DNA of 64,000 nucleotides, taken from the NCBI RefSeq assembly GCF_006345805.1, contig NC_042999.1, positions 110,794,001-110,858,000 of the forward strand, in the 5' to 3' direction. Positions 25,457-38,179 of this stretch are shown piece by piece; the first letter of the stretch is position 1; each line of letters opens with the position of its first letter. A program made the position numbers and the translations under genes. The notes under the pieces are model-generated. The model was not told where the DNA came from, made no database searches, and saw only the letters and a program-made list of their open reading frames with translations. This DNA comes from Octopus sinensis (Eukaryota).

Positions 25457-25690
25457 TGGAGACGTGTGGCTTAGTGGTTAGGGTGTAGGCATCATGATTG
25501 TAAGATTGTGGTTTTGATTCCTGGACTGGGCGACACGTCGGGTTCTTGAGCAAAACACTTCGTTTCACATTGCGCCAGTCCACTCAGCTGGCAAAAATGA
25601 GTAACACTGTGATGGACTGGCATCCCGTCCAGCTGGGGAACACATACGCCATTGAAACCGGGCCCATGAGCCTGGCTAGGCTTTAAAAGG
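25457..25690 (+). mobile_element. tRNA-derived SINE family E
   Basis: TGGCTTAGTGGTTAGG head, CTTGAGCAAAACACTT...CCACTCAGCTGGCAAAAATGAGTAA, GATGGACTGGCATCCCGTCCAG. Minus-strand copies at ~27360 and ~52440. Confidence 0.8.
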
Positions 25691-25709
25691 CTGCATTTAT
25701 ATCATGTAG

Positions 25710-26019
25710 TGGAGGCACATGGCCCAGTGGTTAGAGCAGCGGACTTGCAGTTGAGGGATTGTGGATTTGAATCTCAGACCAGGAAATGTGTGTGTTTATG
25801 AGCGAAACACCTAAGCTCCATGCGGCTCCAGCAGAAGGTAATGGCGAACCTCTGCTGTCTCTTTCGCCACAACTTTCTCTCACTCTTTCCTCCTGCATCT
25901 TGAAGCTCACCTGCGACGGACCAGCATCCCGTCCAGATGGGTAACCTATACACCAAGGAAACTGGGAAACCAGCCCTTATGAGCCAGTCATGGCTCGAGA
26001 AGGAACAAACAAAAAAAAA
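25710..26019 (+). mobile_element. tRNA-derived SINE family D
   Basis: TGGCCCAGTGGTTAGAGCAGCGGACT head with B-box-like motif. Shares the GACGGACCAGCATCCCGTCCAG...GAAAC segment with family E. Related copy at 57678. Confidence 0.8.
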
Positions 26020-27359
26020 GTCCAAAGGTATATGTGTCTATCAGTGATATGTACTTATATTACTTGCTTTGTTCACTTGGTTTGCCTCAGGTGTTGTGTT
26101 GTGTGCCTGTACAGCTATAACAGATGCTGTACCACCATTAGCAGCTGACACAATTTCTCTAGGTGCAGATCCATGGTCTCTCAAGATCGCCAGATGCTAA
26201 CTAATTTGTTGTATATACATAAAGACATTACTCTCAAATGGTCTAGTTTATCTTTCAAATTTGGAACAGCTCACTTCTCTTGGAAATACCAGCTGTGATA
26301 TGTTGAGTAGTGTTTTATTACTATTATTAGCTGGCCCCGTGCCATCAAAAATGATGGCAGATTGTAGTATTTTATATATAAATATGATTGATAAATCAAA
26401 CTAGTACACTTGTCAATGTTATTTAGAGGTTGTCTTTTGAGATGCAACATCGATCATCATTCATTAGTAAAAGAACGCTGGTTCATACATACAAATATTC
26501 ATATGCTTCCCTTGTACACGCACACACATACATATACTCACACAGAATTGAAACATTGTTTGATTTTTCTTTTCAGTGTTGAATGTTCACTGTACCACTT
26601 CTATTGCAGACACACATACAGGCACACAAACATTCAAATACCTCCCTTTCACATACACACACATATACTTACACAGAGTCATAACACTCCCTCTACTAGC
26701 TTGCCATCACCTCTTCTTTCTTGATTTATCTATTACCCCTTCCTTTCTCATTCAAATGTTGCGATGGAGAAATACACAAGTGTATTATTATAGTAGATTG
26801 TTGTTGAGGGTGGCAAACAAAATGTGTCAACAGTATTTGTTCTGAGTTCAAACCCTGTCAACACCAATACTGTTTTTCACCTTATCATCCAAGTTTTGAT
26901 ACATATAGCATCAATCAAGTTTGGGTGTCTATAACATCAACCATTCCTCCCCACCACAAATTTCTGGTCGTGTGCTTATGTCAGAAATTTTTATTCAACA
27001 TTGGTAGTTATTCTGAATCATTACAACTTCAAACAAAAGTCTGGTTGCATTTCTGAGTTCAAATCCTGCCAAGGCCAAATTTACTTTTTATCTTTCTAGG
27101 GTTGTTAAAACATCAGTCAAATAGTAGGTTAGTTTAACTGACTAACCCTTTCTCAAATTTCTGGCCCTGTGTTATTGCTAAAATTAATAATCAAGTAGTC
27201 ACATCGAAGATGTTTCACAATGTCATACCTAGAATCTCTGTCCCCCACTCCATTAGATTTAGTTGTGCCTCACTCTCCTCATATGTGTCACTGTTAATAA
27301 TATTCTTTAACTACCTAGGTAAGGTAAAGTTACCTTTACATGTCATGCCGACTCAAAAA

Positions 27360-27575
27360 AGTCAGTTTTCCATGTTCATGGCATGTATATTCCCTACCTG
27401 GATGGGATGCTAGTCCATTGCAGGATTACTTATTTTTGCCAGCTGAGTAGACTGGAGCAACATGAAAGAAAGTGTTTTGCTCAAGAACACAATTTTCATT
27501 CCAGTCCAGGAATGAAAACCACAATCTTACAAACATGAGCCCAGTACCCTAACCACCAAGCCATGTGCCTCCACT
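27360..27575 (-). mobile_element. SINE family E
   Basis: Reverse complement of 25457-25690. Confidence 0.8.
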
Positions 27576-28130
27576 TTCTCAACTACTCACCTCCACTACA
27601 TCTATAGTACCCCAATAACACATCTACTGCTCTTAATACACCACATCTCACATATAATCCCAATCATTACATATTGTTCCATGTTATCTCAAATGTTTAC
27701 CCCCAGATCAACACAGTTCTAACTATGACAATTCAATTTTGTTATTTTTCTCAGGCATATTTTATGTAAGACAACATTCTCTAACATCTCCTTGCTTGTC
27801 TTTTTTGTTCTTTTCTTTTTTTTTTATTTGAATTGGTTGGGTGGGATTTGAGGAAATTTGTCAGTTATTTCTAGCAGGCTGGACACTCATGTTGAGCTAC
27901 CATTACTGATTCAGTTCCTTACATGACATTCGCTTAACCCATCTTTTCTATGACTTGCTACTGTTTTTATGATGACACTAGGCCTCAGTGGAAGGAAACG
28001 GTACATCGGTGACATTTTTCAGACAGCTTCTAATGATACAAGTTACAACTTGAAAATGATTCCACACAGCTAACATCAGTTGTCACCTGTTGGAATATCT
28101 CCTTCATCTCTGACTATTTAATTTTTGATT

Positions 28131-28764
28131 TTTAAACTTTTATGAAATACTTTCATGTAAAATTCCAGTTCCCAAATTGCAAAGGCATACCTTTCAAAGT
28201 TAAAGACAGCTCAGCTCTGCTTTTCAATTTTGATGTCCTTCTCAATTCTTTTGGCAATATTGCGAAGTATAAATTTCTGATGATGTGCTGAATTTCCCCT
28301 CATTTTTTTATATCATTTCCTGTCATCAATTTCTTTCCTATAAATTATTATTTAATTTGTTTTGTTTTCTCAATACATATATTTTTTTCCCACGATTTTC
28401 TTGATTTTTTTTATTTATTTAAAATGTTTATTTCCAAATTTTTAAAAACTTTTATGAAATACTTTCATGTAAAATTCCAGTTCCCAAATTGCAAAGGCAT
28501 ACCTTTCAAAGTTAAAGACAGCTCAGCTCTGCTTTTCAATTTTGATGTCCTTCTCAATTCTTTTGGCAATATTGCGAAGTATAAATTTCTGATGATGTGC
28601 TGAATTTCCCCTCATTTTTTTATATCATTTCCTGTCATCAATTTCTTTCCTATAAATTATTATTTAATTTGTTTTGTTTTCTCAATACATATATTTTTTT
28701 CCCACGATTTTCTTGATTTTTTTTATTTATTTAAAATGTTTATTTCCAAATTTTTAAAAACTTT
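28131..28764. repeat. Near-perfect 312-bp direct tandem duplication
   Basis: TATGAAATACTTTC at 28141 and 28453; TTTCCAAATT at 28431 and 28743. Confidence 0.95.
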
Positions 28765-28953
28765 TAAAATTTTACTATCTTATGCTATTAAAATTTACTC
28801 TACTGTATTGAATTTTTTTTACCATTTTCTTTTAATACAGAATATTGAAAAAGACAGCTTAGTCTTATTTGTGTAATGCTCTTTCATCTTGTGTGTGTAC
28901 ATGTGTGTATATATATAAATTCATACATATACACCATGTGCAGATATATAAAG

Positions 28954-28984
<31 letters not shown>

Positions 28985-29477
28985 TATTTATATATCACAT
29001 ACATATAATTTTTTTATGTATAGTAATATAAAAAAACATTCAAACATTGAAGTGAAGAATCTCTCAATACTTTTCAGTAGAATATCATAATAACCACCAT
29101 CACCTCAATCATCATCACACCACCACCACCATCATCATCAACAACATCACTATCATCATCGTTGTCATCATTGTCATTGTTGTCGTCATCATCATCATTT
29201 TAATGCCCATTTTTCCATGTTTGCATAGGGCCAATGAAATTCATTGGGGCAGATTTTCTATGGGATGGAAACCTTTCCTTTATTATCAACTCTCAACTGT
29301 TACCAAATTAAACAACATTTCCTTTTGCTACTACTGCAAAAGGCTACATTTTAGGGAAGATTGTAACTGAACAATACCACTTATACGATGGTAGCATTCG
29401 TTTACAACCAGTATCTGATCTCAAGGCAAGGAAACACAAACACACACTTCTTCCCATACACATATTCATACATGTTC

Positions 29478-29660
29478 ATTATTCTTTTATTCTTTCACTT
29501 GTTTCAGTCATTTGACTGCGGTCATGCTGGAGCACCACCTTTAGTCAAACAAATCAACCTCAGGACTTATTCTTTCTAAGCTTAGTACTTATTCTATTGA
29601 ACTGCTAAGTTACAGGGACATAAACACACTAACATCGGTTGTCAAGTGATGGTGGGAGGA
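29478..29660 (-). mobile_element. SINE family A, 3' half
   Basis: CTTGTTTCAGTCATTTGACTGCGGTCATGCTGGAGCACCACC... Confidence 0.8.
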
Positions 29661-29942
29661 CTAAAACAAATGACTGGAGCCTGGTGCAGCTCTCTGGCTT
29701 ACCAGCCCCAGTCTAAAAATGAATGTTAAATGATGATGTTAATGGTGAAGGTGATATGTATACATACAGAAAGTGGGCATCTTTCATTTTCCACTTCACT
29801 TAACACAAGACTTTGTTTACCAATGCCTATAGTAGAACTAACTTGTCCAAGGCTTCACACAGTAAGATTTTTACCAGAGAAAAGTTGAAAATATATTTTT
29901 TTAAAAAGGAAGATAACTACATTCAGGAATACATACATATAC

Positions 29943-29976
<34 letters not shown>

Positions 29977-29979
<3 letters not shown>

Positions 29980-31396
29980 TCAATCTTATACATAAATGGC
30001 AATTTCTGTCTGTCTGTTACCATCTAGGTGCCTATACCAGCAAGCCAATCTTCACGAAACTTTGCATACATGCTTAAACTAACATCCAGTTCAATTATAG
30101 GCTCATTGGATTTCAATAAAAATCAATAATAAGCCCACTATGGGGTTGGGCTATTATGAGATAAAATGAGAAGGGTGCAAGAAGTGTTAGGTTGGGGGAA
30201 ATGTAATGGTATAATGAGAGTGGCTGATATCAGGGAAGGGGAGGAGACAGGGAATGTGAGAAACAGAGAGAGAGAGAGAACGAGAGATGGGGACAGAGCA
30301 GGAAAGAGAGAATGTGTTTACTGAAGGGAACAATGGATTTTAATAGTTTATTTTTTAATTTTTACCTCTCAATTAACACATGCGCTTTAGTGAATTAGCT
30401 ATCGTAAGCTCAGTCAAACCTTTTGTAATATGTTCAACAACAGATGTTAAACTAACAAGTGAAAGGCAAAGTGTTTTTATATTTGTTTCCAAATCACTGT
30501 ATTAAGATTTATTAAAAATTTACCAATGTACTGATACAATAACACCATAGATAATGCCTTTCATTTTGTACCATACAGGAATAGCCCATTGTTGTCAGGT
30601 AGTTTTTACAATAGAATGTCTTATATATATATATATATACAAATTTTTGTTTATTCCATGTCAGATCATGCCTTCCTTGATAGATAGGCCGATTGATCAG
30701 GACAGATTTTTGTAATTTTTCGCAAAAATATTCCATGACTATCTTTCCCCTTTTACAATTATTTACATGTTTCTTTGACCGTTTCATATGACTTTATTCA
30801 TTAAAACATATAAAAACTTCAGAAGTTCTTACAACTTTTATCATCATGATTTTGCTGACATTTTGTGATAGACAGCTATCATGCAGAAACTGCCAGCTTC
30901 CAAATCCTGTTTTCTTATTAGATAAAATTGATTAAACTTTAAACCCCAGTAACATTTTACTGCAATTTTTCGGAACAAATAAATAACAAAATCGGATTTA
31001 ATGAGGAAAATTATTTCAATATACCATATTTGAAAATTTTGACGTAATTTTAAAATTTCACAATGTGACAGTAACAGGGAAGACCCTCAAAATTTAAAAT
31101 AATCAACCATCAATCAATTGTTTTATAGTCATGCATCGTCAATCCTTTCATACTTCCAACTATCCACCAATTCAACTTTGATATTACCTTACCATTACAA
31201 TCAATCAGTTTTATTATTCAACTGTATTACTTGCCAGTATCTGTAAATCTATCACACGTCACTGTGTATTTGTAAATCTATTTGTAATTTAAACAGGATT
31301 TGAACAGGGAATGGAATAGGACATGAAACAGTGTAATGGGAACGGAAACTGGAAATAACCCCCACTTTTCCAGTAATTACTGGATAATTCAGCTAG
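29977..31396 (+). mobile_element. Putative non-autonomous Helitron (~1.4 kb)
   Basis: 5' A|TC...ATAAATGGCAATTTCTGTCTGTC...CACGAAACTTTG, similar to the 5' end of 47833-48739. 3' hairpin TCCAGTAATTACTGGA, 8 nt, then CTAG|T. Linking both ends into one element is inferred. Confidence 0.6.
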
Positions 31397-31451
31397 TATG
31401 TATATATATATTTCCAGTTTCAATTCCCATTATATATATATATATATTTAC

Positions 31452-31484
<33 letters not shown>

Positions 31485-31485
31485 A

Positions 31486-31523
<38 letters not shown>

Positions 31524-31539
31524 CTATATATATGTGCAT

Positions 31540-31953
31540 TATAATAATATATATATTTCATTCCACTCTTCGTCCTTTCATTCTCCTTCTCTCAAATTTC
31601 CTGGCCTTCTCATCATGCTCACTTTCCCTCTTTCGCTTCACTGTGTCCCTTTCATTTTTTTCTCGACCCTCCTTAATTCTTCTATCCCTCAGCCTCTACC
31701 TCTCTCTCTCTTCTCTCCCCACGTGACCGGTGTTTGGTCAGGCCTGACCTTTCTTTCTTGGTCGGACTACCATCTGTGCAAGATCTATATTCTTCCCTGT
31801 GCCTGTCCAATCTTATGTCCCTGCCATAAGGCTTTACTTCCACACATGCCAGCTTAATTTAATTCGTCCTTAGTCAAAAGACACCTGTTGTTATGTCCTG
31901 TTAATTGCATTTGTTATTGTGTAACATTCTCCACTTTTTCGTCCTTGTTTTCG

Positions 31954-31960
<7 letters not shown>
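31540..31960. mobile_element. Unclassified repeat (CT-rich, CCCACGTGACC motif)
   Basis: Shares the CCCACGTGACC...CTTTCTTT context with the arms of the 37520-38179 palindrome. Confidence 0.45.
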
Positions 31961-31999
<39 letters not shown>

Positions 32000-32001
<2 letters not shown>

Positions 32002-32610
32002 TAATTGAGATTCAGTTGAATTAGGTACTTAAGTTGAAGCACCAAGTTAGTGTGGTATCTGTACAACTCAAAGTAAGGTAAATAAAATCAAAATAAGCAA
32101 CAGGATATCAAGAAATGATATCAGTACAACTGTTTCAAGTGGCTTCATTTAATTGAACAATGCAATCATTACATCAATTTAAATGCAAAGCTGCATAAAT
32201 AAATAGAATCCTGACAATATTTATGACCATACCCAACTATATACGGTCATCTTACTCTCTCTATCCATTCTAAACAGATATTGTCCTCTAACTTTATATT
32301 TGGTAGTTGATAAAAAATATAAATAAATTAAAAGTGAACCACAATCATTTACAAGCTAGGACCCTAACAAACTTCATACAGTTCTTAGAAGTGTAGTATA
32401 TTCTGAGTCACATTAGTAGCAACATGGACTTTCTCCCTCTTCTTGGGTAATATTATATTAAAGTGTCCAACTGATTAAAAACTCTATTTATTTATGTAGC
32501 TGATGATAGCCCTGCATTTAAATCGATGTAATGATTGCGTTGTTCAATAAAATGGAGCCACTTGAAATAGTCGTACTGCATCACCTCTTGATATCCTGTT
32601 GCTTATTTTG

Positions 32611-32615
<5 letters not shown>
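32000..32615. mobile_element. Penelope-type pLTR remnant with inverted arms (32085-32212 / 32484-32613)
   Basis: Arms are reverse complements, homologous to 55470-55690, and carry a hammerhead motif. Confidence 0.7.
32495..32580 (+). ncRNA. Degenerate minimal hammerhead ribozyme
   Basis: Stem I TGTAG/CTGCA, CTGATGA (32500-06), GAAA (32564-67)-T-AGTC-G-TA. Stem II is imperfect. Confidence 0.55.
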
Positions 32616-32653
<38 letters not shown>

Positions 32654-33264
32654 TTGAGGTTAATTCAGTTAAGAATGTATTAGAATCAAAGGAGCCAGTT
32701 GGATGGGAAAGCATCGAAATCAAACATTTATGGAGACAGCGATTATATATCACCTGAGGAGATACAACCAGGTTCTATTATGCAGGTAAACTGTTACTTA
32801 ATTTAAATTTGAATCCTGTATATATGTGTGGACCTATGTTGTAGTGGTTATGAAACAACTGTCAAATCATACTCCTTCTTCCTTGTAACTCTATTTATTC
32901 TTTATTTTATATATATGTGTATGTATATATATATATATATATATATACATATATATTTATATTTATATTGATATTTACCTATATATTATTCTTAAATATG
33001 GATATTATTGACAGTGAGTTAGATGTTTCAGCCAGTTCACCGAACACCAGACTGCAATGCACTGAAGTATGCATATACATACATACATACATACATACAT
33101 ACATACATACATACATACATACATACATACATACACATACACACACATTTACATACATACATACATACATACATAACATACTTACATACATGACATTCAT
33201 ACATGCATGCATAACGTACATAAATTCGTAATTATTTAGTTAGAAAATGGAATAATTAGAATAA

Positions 33265-33600
33265 TAAATAGAATAAATTTCGCTTAGATATGCAGAAAGA
33301 AGCATTTTGTAAGATAACATTTATACAGCTTCATCAGATAATAAAACAAGAGATCTTTAATCAATTAGTCTGCATAAACAATCCACTTGTAATAAAAGAA
33401 TTCTTTTGGAGTGTCAACATGTCTATCTGGAGGCATGTGTGTCTATACAGAATGGATCCTGTCGTATGCTCCCTCATACGTTTGTGTAACTGTCTCACAA
33501 CCTATCCACTTAATGCATTTCTCTGCTGGTCATAAATCTGTTGATATTGAGAGTTATTTTGAGAGGTGTTATTATACCTTGATTAACAGATGCTTAGTGA
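33265..33600 (-). mobile_element. Decayed Penelope-like GIY-YIG fragment
   Basis: Minus strand reads ...WIG(frameshift)VRQLHKRMREHTTGSILYRH, followed by a CTGATGA...GCGAAA-like segment. Confidence 0.5.
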
Positions 33601-33929
33601 CTTGGCCGTGTGTCTGTATATAAGTGTGCATAAGTATGTGTGTGTATATATATATATATATATATGAGTGCATATGTGTATGTATATATGTGTGTGTGTG
33701 TTTATGTATGTATCTATGTACATATATATATACGCACACACATACATACATATATTCATACATACATGCATATATATTTATGTATGTGTGTGTGGATGTG
33801 TACATAGGTGCTTGTGTGTTGTTACATCTGTATGCATGTATGTGTATGTAAGAGTATACATATAAACACATACACAAGCACACATACACACACTCACTCA
33901 AACACAAGCAGATATATATATGTACATAG

Positions 33930-33961
<32 letters not shown>

Positions 33962-34059
33962 ATACATGTGTGTCTTTATGAATATATGTATATGTATGTA
34001 TAAATATCTATATCTATGTCTATATCTATATCTATATCTGTCAATCTATTTATCTGTCT

Positions 34060-34797
34060 ATGAAGCTAGCATGATCTGCTGGATGTGTAATGTCAGTATG
34101 CACACATGACAGAGTGTAAGCACCCTGAGAGAAATGATGGACATAAGAAGCATCAGATGTAGCGTGCAAGAGAGATGTTTGTGCTGGTACGGTCATGTAC
34201 TATGGATGGATGAGGAGAGATGTGTGAAGACGTGCCACTACCAAACAGTTGAAGGAATCCAGGGCAGAGGTAGACCCAGGAAGACATAGGATGAGGTGAT
34301 CAAGCATAACCTTTGAATATTGGGCCTCACAGAGGCAATGACAAAAGACCAAGACCTCTGGAGATATGTTGTGACTGTGAAGACCCAACAAATAAAGTGA
34401 ATCCATGGCGTATCCTACACCAGCTTCAGCCCATTCAAAGTACCTTGGATCATAGGACGACCTGCTGTGCTTACCTATTGAGTCAAGTACATCAACATCA
34501 ACATCAAAATAATAATCAAATGGAAATTGTAGTTGCGATAGCCATGTTGGTGGCACGTAAAAAGCACCAATCATTCATGGCCGATGCCAGCATCCTCCGG
34601 CCCTTGTGTTGGTGGCATGTAAAAGCACCCACTACACTCACGGAGTGGTTGGAGTTAGGAAGGGCATCCAGCTGTAGAAACACTGCCAGATCAAACTGGA
34701 TCCTGGTGCAGCCTCCTGGTTTCCCAGACCCTGGTTGAACCGTTGAACCCATGCTAGCATGGAAAACGGATGCTAAATGATGATGATGATGATGATA
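34060..34797 (+). mobile_element. RTE-clade LINE 3' end (ORF end, 3'UTR, (GAT)n tail)
   Basis: EASMICWMCNV...WYGHVLWMDEERCVK...GRGRPRKT*DEVIK...DLWR..KTQQIK*, then family C sequence and a (GAT)n tail. Confidence 0.85.
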
Positions 34798-35002
34798 TAT
34801 ACTTATATATCTATATATATATATATATATATAATATAATATATATATATAATATAATATTTATATATATATATGAATACCCGTACGCACACACATATGT
34901 GCATACACTCACGCACAAACACTCCTGTATGTAAGTATATATGTACATATAAATGTGGCATGCGTACATATATACATATATATGTATGTATATGTGTATA
35001 TA

Positions 35003-35066
<64 letters not shown>

Positions 35067-35260
35067 AATGTGTATGTGTATGTGTGTATGCGCGTGTGTG
35101 TGTGTATGTATAAACAGGTGGGTTGATAGCAATATATAAGTTGCATGTCATAATGATGTAATTAATTTCTACATTATTCATTGTGTGTGTCTGTTTGTTA
35201 ATAATTAGAACGTGTATGTGCATGTGTGGATATCTATCTATCTTTCTATCTATCTATCTT

Positions 35261-35294
<34 letters not shown>

Positions 35295-35860
35295 AATCTA
35301 TCTATCTTTCTATCAATCTATCTATCATCTATCTATCTATCGCTCATCTGTTTTCCATGCTGGAATGATATATATATATATACATACACATATATATACA
35401 CACATATTTATGCATGCATGTATATATATGTAGTAGGTATATGTGTGTATGTATATTTGTGATAGGAATATAATGCTTATGTGCAGTAGCTGCAATGAAA
35501 AGATGGTGCACTAATCATATATTCTTATTTTGTGTAGATTTTAATTAGTATTTCTCACTGTTCTATGTATGTATGTATAATATATAGTAAATGTAATGTG
35601 TGTGTGTAATGAACTCTCAGCTTATTGTATAGTAACAGTTTCAACGGTTGCAGTCTGAAATTGATAGAATCCTCTCATGCATGCATGTTTGCATGTGTGT
35701 ATATATATATGCCTATATACACACTTATATATATATATATATATATATATACATACCCACACACACATATATACAGATAGACAAAGGTATATATATATAT
35801 TTGCACATGTAGGTGTTTGTACATATACATATACATACACATGTATGTATACATATACAA

Positions 35861-35925
<65 letters not shown>

Positions 35926-36596
35926 TATATATATATGTATAGATATACATATGCATATATGTATATGTCTGCTTACATTGAAATATACCCACATGTGTAT
36001 GTATGTGTTGATGAAGTGATATTAATGATAATAATATTGATAGTGTAATGTTTGTGGAAAGTAAGGTGTTTCTGCATTCTTTTGCATATGTGCATGTGTC
36101 TGTGAGCATGCATATATGTGTGTAATGATTGAATGTATGTGCACATATGCCTATGTATTGTGTGTTACCAGTGAACACTGTGTGTTAGCAGGATGATGCA
36201 TGCTTGTATCTGTCTAGTATTTGGTGAATGGGTGCTTGGTGAGAAGTAAAGTGGTCGACATCTTTTGTTTCATAGTGTTTCATTACAGAAGAAATACAAT
36301 CAAAATAATTAAGCTTTTGTTAATCAGAATGGATTTGTTCTATTTCAAGCAAAATTAAAATAAAACAAAAACAAAAAAATATTGTTAATTTAAGATTGAT
36401 TCTTAATGAGCAGGACCTAAAACCAAAAACATAGAACAATTTGACTCTTGAAACTTTATAAAGTTTATTCACAAAATAAATGATTAAATAAACACAGTAA
36501 TAATATATCTATAATATATAGGCCAATAGAGTTAAACTAGCCAATGGATTAAACATTTAATCATGCAGAAAATTTGAATCTTTTGATGTTTTAAAC

Positions 36597-36740
36597 CAGT
36601 GGCTTTCAACTGGGGTCCATTTTACCCTGGAGATGAGTGGATTGACATACGATTTTGTGGGGTACCCACAAGCAAAATAATAAATTGGGGATACACAGTA
36701 GTAGTTTAAGGCTCCATGAAAAGTTCTGATTTAGATGTAT
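36597..36740 (+). mobile_element. Possible hAT-type MITE 5' fragment
   Basis: Begins CAGTGGCTTTCAACTGGGGTCC, a hAT-like terminus. No partner TIR found. Confidence 0.35.
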
Positions 36741-36999
36741 CTATTGCAAGAAACAGTAAGATTACATTCATTCATAAGGTATACATACATTCATAAACAT
36801 ATGGAAATGTACACATGCACATGTATATATGCTACAATATTCAAGTTGATATACTCACAAAAAGCATACAGAATATGTGCAGGAGAAGTTAGAAAGGAAG
36901 TAATAGAAGAGGAAACAGTAGAGGTAGTCATTCAGATCTTTGTGTTTGCTGATGTGTGTATGTGAAACACAATTCATATTTCTTCCATTTATTTAGATT

Positions 37000-37420
37000 T
37001 TATTTATTTCTATCTTTTAGTCTGGAGAGAATTCCATACCCCTGAGTCTTAGCAGCAATGTAGGCACTAGGCTGTATAGTATCTATTTATTGACAGCATA
37101 TATAGATCAGAAGGGGCTCCTTGATCCATAAGGCCCTTGGGCAAATCAGTGCAATAAGACCTTCTTTATTTATTTATTGACAGCAAGTCACAACTTACAC
37201 AAATCAGAATTAGGTCTGTAGATCCATGTAGCTCCCAGTTAAATCAATGCGCCAGGTCTTTTAGCATATATTTCTTGACAGTAATCAACAGCATGCAAAG
37301 ATTAGAATTAGGCTTCTTGAACCCTGATGCTCTTTGGCAAGTCAATACACTGGACTCTAAAGTATTTACTTATAGACAAGCCACAGCATACAGAGACAAA
37401 ATTGGGGGCCTAAACGAGGT
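37000..37420. repeat. Degenerate ~86-98-bp tandem repeat (~4 units)
   Basis: ATTT(A/C)TTGACAG recurs at ~37086, 37172 and 37270, with AGAATTAGG...GATCC...AATCA(A/G)T in each unit. Confidence 0.65.
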
Positions 37421-37519
37421 TGTGGTGGTGAACATGTAAAATCAAGCTTGGACAGGAGACAGACCAGAACACGTCTTCCTTGTCCTAGCTACAATGGAGG
37501 AAAAGAAAGTTAGGAGAAG

Positions 37520-37685
37520 AAAGAAAGATGGTCAATGGTCACGTGGGAGCCACGTGAGCAAAGGAGGAGGAGTAAGGGACAGGGAGTGACAGAGTAATAG
37601 GATAGAATAGTGGGGGAAGAGGAGGTAAAAAAATAAGAGAGAGAAAGAGAGAAAAACGAAAGAGTAAAAAGATCGTATAGAGTGC

Positions 37686-37718
<33 letters not shown>

Positions 37719-37824
37719 TAGTTATATACACAATGACACACAAACACACATATGTATACAGTGACACACACACACATATATTTATATATCTATCTATCTA
37801 TATCTATATCTATCTATCTATCTT

Positions 37825-37856
<32 letters not shown>

Positions 37857-38179
37857 GAAAGATAGATAGATAGATATAGATATAGATATAGATAGATATA
37901 TAAATATATATGTGTGTGTGTGTGTGTCACTGTATACATATGTGTGTTTGTGTGTCATTGTGTATATAACTATCTCTCTCTCCCTCTCTCTAACTATCTA
38001 TCTATCTATCTGCACTCTATACGATCTTTTTACTCTTTCGTTTTTCTCTCTTTCTCTCTCTTATTTTTTACCTCCTCTTCTCCCACTATTCTATCCTATT
38101 ACTCTGTCACTCCCTCTCCCTTACTCCTCCTCCTCCTTTGCTCACGTGGTTCCCACGTGACCATTGACCATCTTTCTTT
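37520..38179. repeat. ~660-bp spacer-less palindrome
   Basis: 37520-~37848 is the reverse complement of ~37848-38179, centred on (TA)n. A few substitutions and microsatellite length differences separate the arms. Confidence 0.92.

Noticed and set aside
2546-28005. Shared 15-mer CAGTGGAAGGAAACG at ~2545 and ~27985
   Set aside because: The flanks do not align, and a match this short is compatible with chance in 64 kb.
33270-33345. CTGATGA...GCGAAA on the minus strand as an active hammerhead
   Set aside because: No stem III/cleavage triplet or stem I. At most a relic.
16121-38179. CRISPR array or other prokaryotic system
   Set aside because: No repeat-spacer structure and no operon-like coding; the sequence is eukaryotic.
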